A DNA stretch of 64,000 nt from an uncultured Thermoplasmatales archaeon (lineage in GTDB: Archaea; Thermoplasmatota; E2; UBA202; DSCA01). A program made the position numbers and the translations under genes. Positions 38,352 to 48,513 of the stretch are shown here, in pieces (position 1 is the stretch's first letter; every line of letters begins with the position of its first letter). Below the pieces are notes generated by a model, which saw nothing but the letters and a program-made list of their open reading frames with translations, was not told where the DNA came from and ran no database searches. The stretch is taken from positions 27,193 through 91,192 of the forward strand of contig CAZESS010000006.1 in the NCBI GenBank assembly GCA_964514975.1, in the 5' to 3' direction.

Positions 38352-39785
38352 ATGGCGATAGCTGAACAAAACCCTATAACGAATCAACTTAGCTTGCCCG
38401 AAGACCTATACCCCTACCAAAAGGAAGACGGCGATATGATCGCAAACTCCGACCAAAATTGGTTGGTGTTGCATGAAATGGGTGTAGGAAAAACCCCCAT
38501 TAGTATATGGGCAGTAGAAAGCGGTGGCTATAACCTACCATTGATAGTATGTCCTAACTCCTTACGCTTCGAGTGGGCAAGGCAAATAAAGCAGTGGACT
38601 GGAAGAGATTCGGCCATTAGTCGCACACATGCATATGGTCGTAGACTAACAGACATTGTAAAGTCCATGACTCACAACCCAGAATGGAAATACCGCATCA
38701 TCAACTATGAGTTGCTGAGGTCGGAAGATGGCGACATTTTGCAAGCCGTTCCTTGGGACATTATCATCTTCGACGAGATACACAAGTTGCGCAATCCTAA
38801 AACTAAGTTAGTAAAAGGTGTTTGGAACTTCATGTCCAAATACCGCAACTCCAAAATAGTGGGATTGTCTGGTTCACCTATCATGAACTACCCAAACGAC
38901 CTATTCGGATCTTTAGCTACCGTCTTTCCAGAAAAGTTCCACCGAGACACCTTCGCTTGGCGGCAGTTTATGGCAGACTACACTTATTGGTCTGAAGGAA
39001 GGTACGGTACATACGTTTACGGCTCTAAAAACATGGATAGGTTAAAAGAGCGTATACAGGGTCTTACTATGCGGCGTACCAAGCAAGAGGTGCTGTCCTT
39101 CTTACCAGACAAATACTACCAGCGCCCCGAGCTAGATATGAAGGCCGACCAGCGCAAGGTGTACGACAAAATCGAAAAGAACCTTAAAGTAATGTTGGAT
39201 ACGGGAGAAACCTTATGGTCTCCTGGGGTACTCGCTCAATTAACGCGTTTAAGGCAAGCCAACTTAGACCCTAAGATATTAGGTACAACAACTTCTTCGG
39301 CTAAAACTGAGTTCCTGTTTGACCTCATTGAATCTACTGACGAGAAGCTGGTTATCTTCTCGTGTTTCGAGAGGTACATATACCTGCTCAGCTTGATGCT
39401 AAAAGAGCAAAAGCGCGACGTAGCCATGGTTACGGGTATGGTAAAACCAGACTCAAGGTCTGCGCAGGTGAAAAAGTTCCAAGAGGATGACAATTGTAGA
39501 ATCTTCTTGGGAACAATACAAGCCGCCGGTGAAGGTATTACCCTTACATCTTCTTCTACTGTAGTTTTGGTAGACAGGTGGTGGAACGAGCCCACCAACC
39601 AGCAAGCCATTGACCGTTTGCATCGTATCGGGCAAAAGAACGCGGTGCAAGTGATTTTACCCGTTTGCATAAACTCGGTAGATGCTAACTTGGACTCGGT
39701 GCTACAACGTAAGAGGGAAGCATCGCAAGCTTACTACGACGAAAGCGACGTTAGGGCCAGCGTATTCAGTTCGTTGAGGTTTTAA
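38352..39785 (+). CDS. SNF2-family helicase
   Basis: EMGVGKT, DEIH, LSGSP, GEGITL, QAIDRLHRIGQ. Confidence 0.93.
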   Translation: MAIAEQNPITNQLSLPEDLYPYQKEDGDMIANSDQNWLVLHEMGVGKTPISIWAVESGGYNLPLIVCPNSLRFEWARQIKQWTGRDSAISRTHAYGRRLTDIVKSMTHNPEWKYRIINYELLRSEDGDILQAVPWDIIIFDEIHKLRNPKTKLVKGVWNFMSKYRNSKIVGLSGSPIMNYPNDLFGSLATVFPEKFHRDTFAWRQFMADYTYWSEGRYGTYVYGSKNMDRLKERIQGLTMRRTKQEVLSFLPDKYYQRPELDMKADQRKVYDKIEKNLKVMLDTGETLWSPGVLAQLTRLRQANLDPKILGTTTSSAKTEFLFDLIESTDEKLVIFSCFERYIYLLSLMLKEQKRDVAMVTGMVKPDSRSAQVKKFQEDDNCRIFLGTIQAAGEGITLTSSSTVVLVDRWWNEPTNQQAIDRLHRIGQKNAVQVILPVCINSVDANLDSVLQRKREASQAYYDESDVRASVFSSLRF

Positions 39786-40371
39786 GCGAACAGGACATCC
39801 ACTCATCCAAAACGCGCAGGAGAGATGAATGAACGAGATTCTTACGTGGCTAGCAGGATTTACAATTACCATCGCAATCGTTTTATACGGGGTGGCGACA
39901 ATAGCAGCGGTTCGTAGACGCGAGTGGATGGTTCCCGACTTGGTAGGAGGGCTCGTAGTGTCGCTGACGATAGGCGCACTGGCGCTATTCGGCATCATTT
40001 CAAACCCATAAGAATGTGAAGGATATAGTAAAAAGTAGGAGGACATAATGTCACCAGCACCAGATGTAACCTATGAGCAAGTTTCAAGGCAGATTACCGA
40101 GTGGAGATGGTTCCACATTTCAGACCGGCTTTGGTTAACTCCTAGCGGCCTTATAGTAGAGGTACGGGACAATGGAGAAGGTCAGTTGGTTTCTATTGAA
40201 ACCAAGAGTCTTGTAGAATTTTATGATGACGGAATCGAAGGTAGGACCATTTGGGAGGCTTTACAGTGAAAGAGGCTTCATGGCCAATATCCGAAACACT
40301 TAGGAGTTTTGTATGCGTTCCGATATAAGAAAAGAAAATCTGAGAAAATAGCAAAAAAGCAGCAAAAAAGC

Positions 40372-40400
40372 TTGCTTTTTTCAGATAAATGATATATTAT
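40372..40400 (+). promoter_or_regulatory. sigma70-type promoter with A-tract UP region
   Basis: TTGCTT-N17-TATTAT with the shared ATGAT(A/G) pre--10 motif. Confidence 0.7.
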
Positions 40401-40646
40401 ATAAACAATGAAAGTTCCAGCTAGGATAGCTCAGGAAGCAGACAATCTTTCGAAGGAGACGCACCAACCTTTCGAGAGTTGTTTGAACGAACTCATGAGC
40501 GATTTCGCTGGCAGCGTCTCGACCGGTCTCAACGCTGTGAGGGGTACGACCTCTGAGACCGAATTTAAGAAAGTAACCTTTTATATAAGTAAAACAGAGA
40601 GGACGAGGGAAGGTGAGAGGCTTCCCGAAAGAGGAAAGGAGTTCAA

Positions 40647-40862
40647 ATGGCTGAGGAACAGAAGAAAGAGCAGACCGTCCAGGTTCCGGTCCCCGAGGGC
40701 ATGACCGCTGAGCGCCTCGTCGAGCTCGTGCAGGGCTACGAAGAGCGACGCATCAAGAACAAAGCCCGTCAGGACGCCCGCAAGAACGCCGAGCGCGATC
40801 TTCGTGAGAACCACAAGGACGAGTTCGAGCAGCTCGTAAAGAAGTACATGCCCAAGTCCTAA
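40647..40862 (+). CDS. Small helical protein with strong codon bias; paralog of 46297..46581
   Basis: AAGGAG RBS; TVQVPVPEG...AR..A...L.E.HK.E. Confidence 0.75.
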   Translation: MAEEQKKEQTVQVPVPEGMTAERLVELVQGYEERRIKNKARQDARKNAERDLRENHKDEFEQLVKKYMPKS

Positions 40863-40869
40863 CCGACCA

Positions 40870-40906
40870 AGGGGGAGACGTTACTAAAGCGTCTTCCCCT
40901 ACTTTT
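40870..40906 (+). terminator. Intrinsic terminator-like hairpin
   Basis: AGGGGGAGACG/CGTCTTCCCCT followed by ACTTTT. Confidence 0.65.
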
Positions 40907-40919
40907 ACAAGGAGGAGTT

Positions 40920-41090
40920 ATGGCGGAACGAAAAGAGTATACGCAAGACGAACTGATTGCAATCGGCCAGAAGATCGTTGCTGATCGTCAGAAACGGCAG
41001 GAGCAGGCCAAGCAGGCTCGCCGGATCAAGACCGCTCTGTACAAGATGTACATGAACGGCGAACTGGGCGACATCAAGATCAAGGTGTAA
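40920..41090 (+). CDS. 56-aa basic protein (not in ORF track)
   Basis: AGGAGG RBS; MAERKEYTQDELIAIGQKIVADRQKRQEQAKQARRIKTALYKMYMNGELGDIKIKV; hairpin at 41108-41141. Confidence 0.7.
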   Translation: MAERKEYTQDELIAIGQKIVADRQKRQEQAKQARRIKTALYKMYMNGELGDIKIKV

Positions 41091-41739
41091 ACCAGGCTGA
41101 TGATCAAGCAGGGTAGGCTATCTACGGATAGCCTATTCTGCATTAAATGTAGGACAACCAAATGAAAAGATGGTTTATAGGCACCAACTCCTATTACAAA
41201 ACGGCCAGCTACATCCTACAAAAAATTCCTTGGTGGGCGCACGTTGTAGAGGAAGCTAACTTTGTCATTATCCACCTCATAGGTAAGCTACCTTTCGTGC
41301 ACTGGGGAAAAGATTCTGACATCTTTACCACGATTTGGATTTACATCTACAATCCCATCTTTCACTGGTGTGAACGTAAGGCTGCGGAGTGGTGGGTAGA
41401 AATGCCGTATGACCTGATCGTACAACGACACAACATTAAGGAGTTACAATGAAGGTACGTATAACCATGACTACGGTGTGGGACGTAACGCCAGCCGACG
41501 AGAATATGGCGCGAAAGTTGATACAAGAGCAACCTGCGGACGCTGCGCTGGACTACTTAACCGATGCAGCTGAAGGCTCGGTGGATCTCAGCGAGACGGA
41601 AGTAACTTGGGAACAGGTATAAAGGAGGCACAAATGGACTTGGAAGACATTCGCAACTCGCAGGAAGAGACTAGGGAATGGGCGAACAACTATTTTGGCA
41701 GTTTTTACGAACGCGAGGAAGCCGTTCGTAAAGCTTTAA

Positions 41740-41979
41740 GTGGCGAAGACGAGGACTAACATTCGCAAGTTGTGGGTTGCTAGTGAAGGCGTGACGCACA
41801 GGTTCGGTATAGGACTCACAGCCCACGAGGCCTTAGCCGATCTTGTGGAGAACGTTGTCGACTACCGCAAAACGCTCGAAGCAAACGAGGAGTACCTTTC
41901 TTCTTCGCTACAGCGCGACTTGGAAACGTTACGCGAGCCTCACAACAACCTTTCGGTAAAGCTTGTGCAGGAGGACTGA
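41740..41979 (+). CDS. HicB-like small protein
   Basis: GIGLTAHEALADL pattern. Confidence 0.45.
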   Translation: MAKTRTNIRKLWVASEGVTHRFGIGLTAHEALADLVENVVDYRKTLEANEEYLSSSLQRDLETLREPHNNLSVKLVQED

Positions 41980-43607
41980 AGTGTACATAGTATGCAAAGC
42001 TTGCGGACGCAGCACATTTATCAGCTATAAGTGCCATGTTTGCGGTGCGAACGTGTAGGAGAGCTTACCTCGGACAAGCACGACGACGACATCAGCCTTT
42101 GTCCTACTTACTACGAACGGGTTCTAAACTATGTCGATAAGCTGAAATGTTGGAGTGATACTACCCGTCAACACGCGAGCCTTGTAGTAGAGCTCATACA
42201 ACAGGAGAAAAGTAAGGCCGCCATACAAAAAGGGGACTAATGTCGTACATGGCGTTGGCCAATTGGGTATTGCTAGGGCTGCTTATTGCGATATGGGTTG
42301 TCAAGGGATGCTACTACCTCGGCGCTCGGATGCACCAACGGAAATAGGAGGGCAAAGATGGCACACGCAGAGAAGTGTCCGATATGTGAAGGCTCTGGCG
42401 TACGGTGGCCTAATGGCAATGTTTGCTATGAGGAAAGACCAGTGCGCTGGATACGGAAGCATCGCGATTTGCCTATATGCCACGGCTGCAACGGCAAGGG
42501 ATGGGTAACGGTGGTCGATAACAGCGACAGAATCGAGTGGGGGCCTAATGAGCCATATTGGAGAGGGATGCCGCGTGTTGACACTTGGATGGAGAGACTC
42601 CAGGAACTTATACAAGGGCGATATAACCCATAGGAGGGACGGATGAAGTATAGGAAGCGGTGGCACGAGCTTGAAGCTATCCAGTGGACAGGGGACAACT
42701 TCGATGAAGTGAGCGACTTCCTAGAGTCGTCTTGGTGGGAGCGCGAAGACAACAAAAGGACGTATCTAATTGTCTCATATCTTGACGAGGATGGTGAAAG
42801 GGAGTTCGTGCCCCGCAACGATTGGATATTGAAGCGGCCCTCAGGAGGGTTTGACCACATATCTCCACGAGAGTTTGATCTTTGCTACGAGCCGATTTAG
42901 GAGCTTCCCTGGGTAGTTATAGTCTCTGTAGATATTCGATTGGAGGTACGACGTGAAAACTTACGTAGTGACAAGAACAGTAGAGTTCTCCTGGCGCGTG
43001 GAGGCCGACAGCAAAGAGGTCGCCGAAGAACAGGCACGCGACATGGGAGAGGTCTGCGCCAACACCCGGGTTGTGAAAGAGTCCGTCAAGGAATCCCGGT
43101 TTAGGAGTCGGCCTACACCAATTCGCGACTGGTGACAACAAGAACGTAACCCACAAAAACGTAGGAAAGGGTTGTTCAATACAGGAGAACGGAAATGAGT
43201 GAAGGCGAGCCGCTTAGCGGCGATTGGTGGCATGGAAGCAACACAGACCGCAAGTGCCACTACATAGGCGGATACAAAGTTGGTGAGATGTTGCGGGCAG
43301 CTGCCGATTGGGTAGAAGCAAATCAGGTGTCGGTTCGCAGCGTTGTCTTCTCTTGCGGGGTGTGGAATTCACTCAATATCTACTACATAGAACCTTTAGG
43401 GGGAGAATAGAAATGGGTGAAAGGGAACACGCTCGCAAATTCAGCGCAGAGGAGGCGTGGCGCAATTGGCAACAGCTGTTTTCTTATTTCTGTCACGAGC
43501 GCGATGAGGACGAAATTACAGAGACCACCTTTGAGACAATGACAAATTGCTTGCTGATATTCAAGCCTAATGTTAACATTGAGTGGGAATAATGAGGAGG
43601 AGTTGTT

Positions 43608-43823
43608 ATGGAAAATAACGTATGGCATACTAAGGTACGCGCACCGCACTTTGAATTACGCGAAACAGAAGCGGAAGGCAGGCCATACTACGCGGCGCGG
43701 GTGACTTCTATTGGTCTTACTAGTTATGGATGGAGTCAAGACGAGGCCATAGATGGACTTCATGACATGTTCTCCAAGTGGCTTGAATTGAATCGCCGTG
43801 CAGTCAAGGCGGAGAACGTGTGA
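43608..43823 (+). CDS. HicB-like small protein
   Basis: YAARV..IGLTSYGWSQDEAI..L pattern. Confidence 0.5.
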   Translation: MENNVWHTKVRAPHFELRETEAEGRPYYAARVTSIGLTSYGWSQDEAIDGLHDMFSKWLELNRRAVKAENV

Positions 43824-43911
43824 GTCAAGAATACTCAATCGGCGCAAGGAGGTGAAACGCACAAACAACACACTACTAGGTCGTAACAATACAAATAAAG
43901 GAGGACGTACA

Positions 43912-44751
43912 TTGAAAACCAAAAGAATTGTAGCATCAGTGCTGACCGCGTTGATGCTGACGCTTGTAGCAGTTGTACCAGTGGCTGCTGACGAAACAAG
44001 TGTGAATGTTGACTGGGGTGGAAGTGGAATCATAGGTGGTAATGTAAATGCTGGAGACGACTCTTCTATCTCGTGGATAGCTACTGGAGACTACATTGCC
44101 GGGTCATTCAAAGCTACCGACCACAACAACAACTCCTATTCCTACGGGGTTGACAGCGTCAACTCCTACATGGTATCTGAAGTTGCTAACGGTCTTTCCC
44201 AATACCTTGTAACTCGCGACGACGCTAAAGAATCCATGTATGGAAGTGCTGGACAAACTTCGCTTTCATACATCGAGGCTGTTGGCGGTACTGCCGAGTT
44301 TGCTATGGGTTCATCCACTAACTACGCCTCAATGAAGAATCCCACTTACGGTAAGCCTAAAACATCTAGTGGAAAGAACTTTGAGGCGAATGCAAGTGTT
44401 TTTGTACTTCGACAGTGGGTGGGTAATGGAGATCCGACTTCTTCAGAATTACCATCCGATTGGGCTACCTTCAATGTTGTAGGCTCTGGTACAGCTTTAG
44501 TGGATGTCATGAGCTCAGAAGCACGCGAAGGACAAATCAAACTTGGCCATGGTTGTGGTTGTTATACTAATGCAGACATGCAATTGAGTGGATCAGGTAT
44601 GGCATCGTTTGAAGCTGTTGGTGCTAACGGAGCTTCTGGATTTGGCCTCAACGTTCCGGGCGACGGGTCTCTGCAAAGTGCTTCACTTAGCGTTGTAGCT
44701 GACTACGCCGGTGACTTCTCTATCCCCGACTTCTCTATGACCTCAACTTAA
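43912..44751 (+). CDS. Secreted Ser/Gly-rich beta protein
   Basis: AAGGAGG + TTG; signal peptide ending VAA; NNS and NAS sequons; hairpin at 44759-44793. Confidence 0.7.
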   Translation: MKTKRIVASVLTALMLTLVAVVPVAADETSVNVDWGGSGIIGGNVNAGDDSSISWIATGDYIAGSFKATDHNNNSYSYGVDSVNSYMVSEVANGLSQYLVTRDDAKESMYGSAGQTSLSYIEAVGGTAEFAMGSSTNYASMKNPTYGKPKTSSGKNFEANASVFVLRQWVGNGDPTSSELPSDWATFNVVGSGTALVDVMSSEAREGQIKLGHGCGCYTNADMQLSGSGMASFEAVGANGASGFGLNVPGDGSLQSASLSVVADYAGDFSIPDFSMTST

Positions 44752-44804
44752 TACAACCAAGGGTGCGAGGGGGAACAAAACCTTCGCACCCTTAAAGGAC
44801 TAAA

Positions 44805-45485
44805 ATGAATAAAGGAATTTTCGCCTTAATAGCAGTTATAGTAGCTATGCTACTTTCTCCTGCCGTAGCTTTTGCGGAAGAGGAAAGAACGACCCCAGGA
44901 GAAAAAGGGCCTCCAATGCAAGAAACCAATGCCGACCAAGGTATGGACGTAGACATCGGTATCATCGGAGACAACTCTGATGTAGACGTGAACGTAGACG
45001 GTGACAACAACGACGTCAACGTCAACGGAAGAAACGTTAACGACCCGGTCGCTATACATAACCACATCAACAAGTCTGATAATAGCGACGCATACCGGAG
45101 GCTTAAAAGCAGGTTGGAAAGTGTAGAAGCTTTGTTCGGCCAATGGGCGGAGACTTTGGACTTGACGGTAAGAGCAACTGCTAAAACTATTGAAGACCTC
45201 GCCGCAACCAAAGAACAGGCAGCCGAACGCGCAGATTCGTTACAAGAATCTTTCAACACAAAAGTAGGTACTATCGAGCACGAGATGGCTGAAGCAGACG
45301 CGAGTCTTTCTGATACCCTTAAACAGCAACAAGACCGCATCACCGCTCTACAGGAAACTACCGACGCTCTCGCCGAACGAGACGAGCAGCTAAGCTCCTG
45401 GCTCTTGTTAGCCGGATGCATCATCATAACGCTCGCAATCGCAGTCATCTACTTGCTTACAGCTCTAGCAAATGAACGTGCATAA
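44805..45485 (+). CDS. Secreted coiled-coil stalk protein with C-terminal TM anchor
   Basis: Signal peptide (AFA), DVDV/DVNV beta repeats, heptad region, C-terminal TM. Confidence 0.7.
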   Translation: MNKGIFALIAVIVAMLLSPAVAFAEEERTTPGEKGPPMQETNADQGMDVDIGIIGDNSDVDVNVDGDNNDVNVNGRNVNDPVAIHNHINKSDNSDAYRRLKSRLESVEALFGQWAETLDLTVRATAKTIEDLAATKEQAAERADSLQESFNTKVGTIEHEMAEADASLSDTLKQQQDRITALQETTDALAERDEQLSSWLLLAGCIIITLAIAVIYLLTALANERA

Positions 45486-45967
45486 GCGCTCAATGAACAT
45501 GCGCAAGTATATGCCAGCTACTATAGAACTGGTAGACTACGCGTTAGGCGACGACCCCTGCAGCAAAGACTCCGGATGGTTATTCGAAATGCTGTTCATT
45601 CCATGGGTTACACTCCTTGTCGCACTTGTAGAATTGCCGTGCATCCCCCGCAGGTATGCGCAGGTCCGTAAACTCCGTAAAAACCGTTAGTTTCAAGAAA
45701 TCTCGGAGTTCCAGGATTTCGCGTTTCCGCGGGGGTAAGCTTTTTTCTCGGGGGTCCGCCTTAGAAAGTCGCTAGTAGTAGGATATAATATAGTAATTTC
45801 CAAAAACCTTTCAACACATGCCAAACTAGTCCTTCCCCACTTCAACAACGGCATTTCAATGAATCCCGAAACTCACGGAAATCCCTGTTTTGCCGTAAAC
45901 ACTGAAATCCCGCACATTACGCCTTATCTGGACACTTCCAGTTTTCTTACATATGGGGTTATGTTAG

Positions 45968-46250
45968 ATAATCTCACATGATTCGTTCAATTATATGAAA
46001 TATGATGAGGGGTTGATAGCTCAAGTGTGATGATGTATTATTATCATAGTCAATAGTACATTACAAACTGAATAAGTCGATTCGACGTGTGAATTACGTA
46101 CTCGTACGTACTTCCAAATCCAACCTGAACTACACGTCGATAATCTCACATGAGAAGTTCAATTTCTGAAATTATGATGTGGGGTTGATTATCAGAGTTT
46201 GATGATGTATTATTATCATATTGAGATTGTACATTACAAATTGAATAAGT
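45968..46250 (+). promoter_or_regulatory. Tandem duplicated ~110-bp promoter units (period 172 bp), each with a boxA-like element
   Basis: TTGATA/TTGATT-N17-TATTAT at 46013 and 46185; GTACATTACAAA(C/T)TGAATA at 46056 and 46229. Confidence 0.85.
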
Positions 46251-46643
46251 AGTTGGTGTTTGGTGTAGTCTATCTATTGCTTAGGAGGCAAGACCAATGA
46301 CAGACAACACTGAACGCAAAGGCCAGACTCAGCCGAACAAAGCTGAACAACCTGCAGAGAAGACCGTTACTCTGAAAGTACCGGCGGGCGTAGACCCTAC
46401 CCTGTACGCAAAGAAGGCCGAGAAGGCAATCGAACGGCAGGAGTCAGACATGGCCAGGCGCGAGAAGTACAACGCTGCTCGCGGCGCCGCTCGCACTCGG
46501 CTGGTCGAAGCCCACAAGTCAGAGTACAACAAGTACCTGGCAGAGGAGAAGGCCGCGCGAGGCATCAAAGCCAGCGCCTAGCACACAGTACGTAGCAACC
46601 CCAGCAAGTCCGTAGTGTACAATTCGCACCAAACACCAACTAC
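46249..46643. repeat. 17-bp perfect inverted repeat enclosing gene 46297..46581
   Basis: GTAGTTGGTGTTTGGTG at 46249-46265; CACCAAACACCAACTAC at 46627-46643. Confidence 0.92.
46297..46581 (+). CDS. Small basic helical protein with strong codon bias
   Basis: AGGAGG RBS; TVTLKVPAG...ARGAARTRLVEAHKSEY. Confidence 0.8.
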   Translation: MTDNTERKGQTQPNKAEQPAEKTVTLKVPAGVDPTLYAKKAEKAIERQESDMARREKYNAARGAARTRLVEAHKSEYNKYLAEEKAARGIKASA

Positions 46644-46651
46644 CGCCCAGC

Positions 46652-46684
46652 ACACACAGCCTGCTTCTTGCGGGCTGTTTGTGT
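46652..46684 (+). terminator. Terminator-like hairpin
   Basis: ACAGCCTGC-TTCTT-GCGGGCTGT followed by TTGTGT. Confidence 0.6.
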
Positions 46685-47180
46685 ATCCTTGAATTGGTCC
46701 AGCCCATGAAAACCCAATCGACCTCACCTCCATTACACAACATGAACGTTGCTGTAGGTAATACGTACTTTCAAAGCCGTCGCGGTCTATGCACTGCAGA
46801 CGGCTGTAGTACTATCCGACCGAGAAAACACGGAACTCCAGGATTTGCCGTATTACTATGAAAACACGTACGTGCGGTAGGGTCACTGCACGTTTGTCAC
46901 TACATCATTACGGAGGTGCATATGGATGACATGTTACAACAGTGGGAAGAAGGTGTAGCGGATTCAGGTCTGTCAGGTAACGAAAAGGCAGAAATCGTCG
47001 GATGGGTGAATCGGATGAATGCCGTTTACAATGACGGGGCAGATGACCTGCCTGCGAGGTTCATACTGGATGGCGTCCTCACCGTCCTTCGGAAAAACCC
47101 TGACGTAATCATTCCTTAGAGACTCGGGAGTGTCGTGGGTTATGACCCGATTCACGACGCCTATTGGGAAAGGAGCGTGT

Positions 47181-47918
47181 ATGAGCGGGAAACCCAACGA
47201 AAGAGCGATGACGGCGGTCCGCGAAGCCCGCGAAGAACATCCCGAGTGGACTTTGAGGCAAGTCGGAGCTCAAGCAGGGGTGTCGAAGCAACGTGCCCAT
47301 CAGCTTTTGTGTAAAACGGAACTGCCCACCCGAAGCGCGGGTTACGGAAAGCTCAACGTATGTGAGACCTGTGGAAAGCTCACCAGGAACAAAAGGTTTT
47401 GTAGTCACGACTGTCAATTCTTCCTAAACCGACGTACCTTCGTTTGCAGTCACTGCGGAAAGACCATCACAAGACCAGTCCAATACCGTGAAACCGCTTC
47501 CGGCAGATACTTTTGCAATAAGCACTGCCAAGGAAAGTGGCTTTACGAAAACCACGGGCCAATCATTAAACGTGTACAGGTACGTTGCGACTTTTGTGGC
47601 AAGGAACTTCTGCGTCGTCCGTCAATGATGGGCAAACGCAATTACTGCAACCCGGCTTGCTACCACGCTAGTCGCAGGCTCAAACCAGGCGTATGCAGGT
47701 TTTGCGGTAAGTCTTTTGACAAAGCGGGAAACAGCCGCAGAAAGTTTTGTAGTCGTGCTTGTTACAACGCCTATCACAGTGAGCAAGGGCGCGTGGCGCG
47801 ACAATGCGTACGTTGTAGAAGATGGTTTACCCGCAAAAAGTCCGAAGCCCTCAAGTCGAAACCTTACAAAACGTACTGTTCCCGGTTCTGCAGTCAAAGG
47901 CGAAATAAACATTTATAA
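47181..47918 (+). CDS. HTH + five tandem treble-clef zinc-finger repeats
   Basis: TLRQVGAQAGVSKQRAHQL; repeated CxxC(GK)...(F/Y)CxxxC. Confidence 0.75.
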   Translation: MSGKPNERAMTAVREAREEHPEWTLRQVGAQAGVSKQRAHQLLCKTELPTRSAGYGKLNVCETCGKLTRNKRFCSHDCQFFLNRRTFVCSHCGKTITRPVQYRETASGRYFCNKHCQGKWLYENHGPIIKRVQVRCDFCGKELLRRPSMMGKRNYCNPACYHASRRLKPGVCRFCGKSFDKAGNSRRKFCSRACYNAYHSEQGRVARQCVRCRRWFTRKKSEALKSKPYKTYCSRFCSQRRNKHL

Positions 47919-47947
47919 TAGAAACGCAATACAAGAAGGAGCAGGTT

Positions 47948-48412
47948 ATGAAGTATGAGTCGTACGGTATCCGCATGGTTACGGTAAAACGCCCTTCGAA
48001 CGGGTCCAAGCAGCACTGCCTGATAATCCCACGAGGTTTTATGCGCAAAGCGGGTTTGGAAGACAACGAAGATGTCGTAGTTCACGTCGTACAAACCAGC
48101 CACCGACAGTTGCGGTTAACCTTTCTCTCCACCGAACCGATGAAAGAGTTCCTTGAAAAGAGGGCAAATTATTTGGAGGCAGGAGAAGATGTAAAGCGTG
48201 TCGAAGATACTTGGGGGATAAAGGTCCTCGGAAAGGCCCACTTCCGCAGAATTCCCATCTATGTGATGGAAGACAACTCGTACGTTCTTCTGGCTCGCGG
48301 CACTGTACCCGCCGCAAAGTTTGGCACTTTAGACCAAGCCCAACGTTACATAGCTTGGGAATATGCCGCAACTACTCGGGAGATTGAACAAGGATACTAC
48401 AACCCAAAGTAA
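47948..48412 (+). CDS. AbrB-like N-terminal domain protein
   Basis: LIIPRGFMRKAGLEDNEDVVV. Confidence 0.45.
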   Translation: MKYESYGIRMVTVKRPSNGSKQHCLIIPRGFMRKAGLEDNEDVVVHVVQTSHRQLRLTFLSTEPMKEFLEKRANYLEAGEDVKRVEDTWGIKVLGKAHFRRIPIYVMEDNSYVLLARGTVPAAKFGTLDQAQRYIAWEYAATTREIEQGYYNPK

Positions 48413-48513
48413 CTTTTCCCTACAGCCTAAGAGGTTCTGCTTCTTAGGTTGTGAGGAGACGTTAGTCTCTGATAAGACCGGAGTTATAAGACCCGGCAAT
48501 TATAAGGAGGCAG

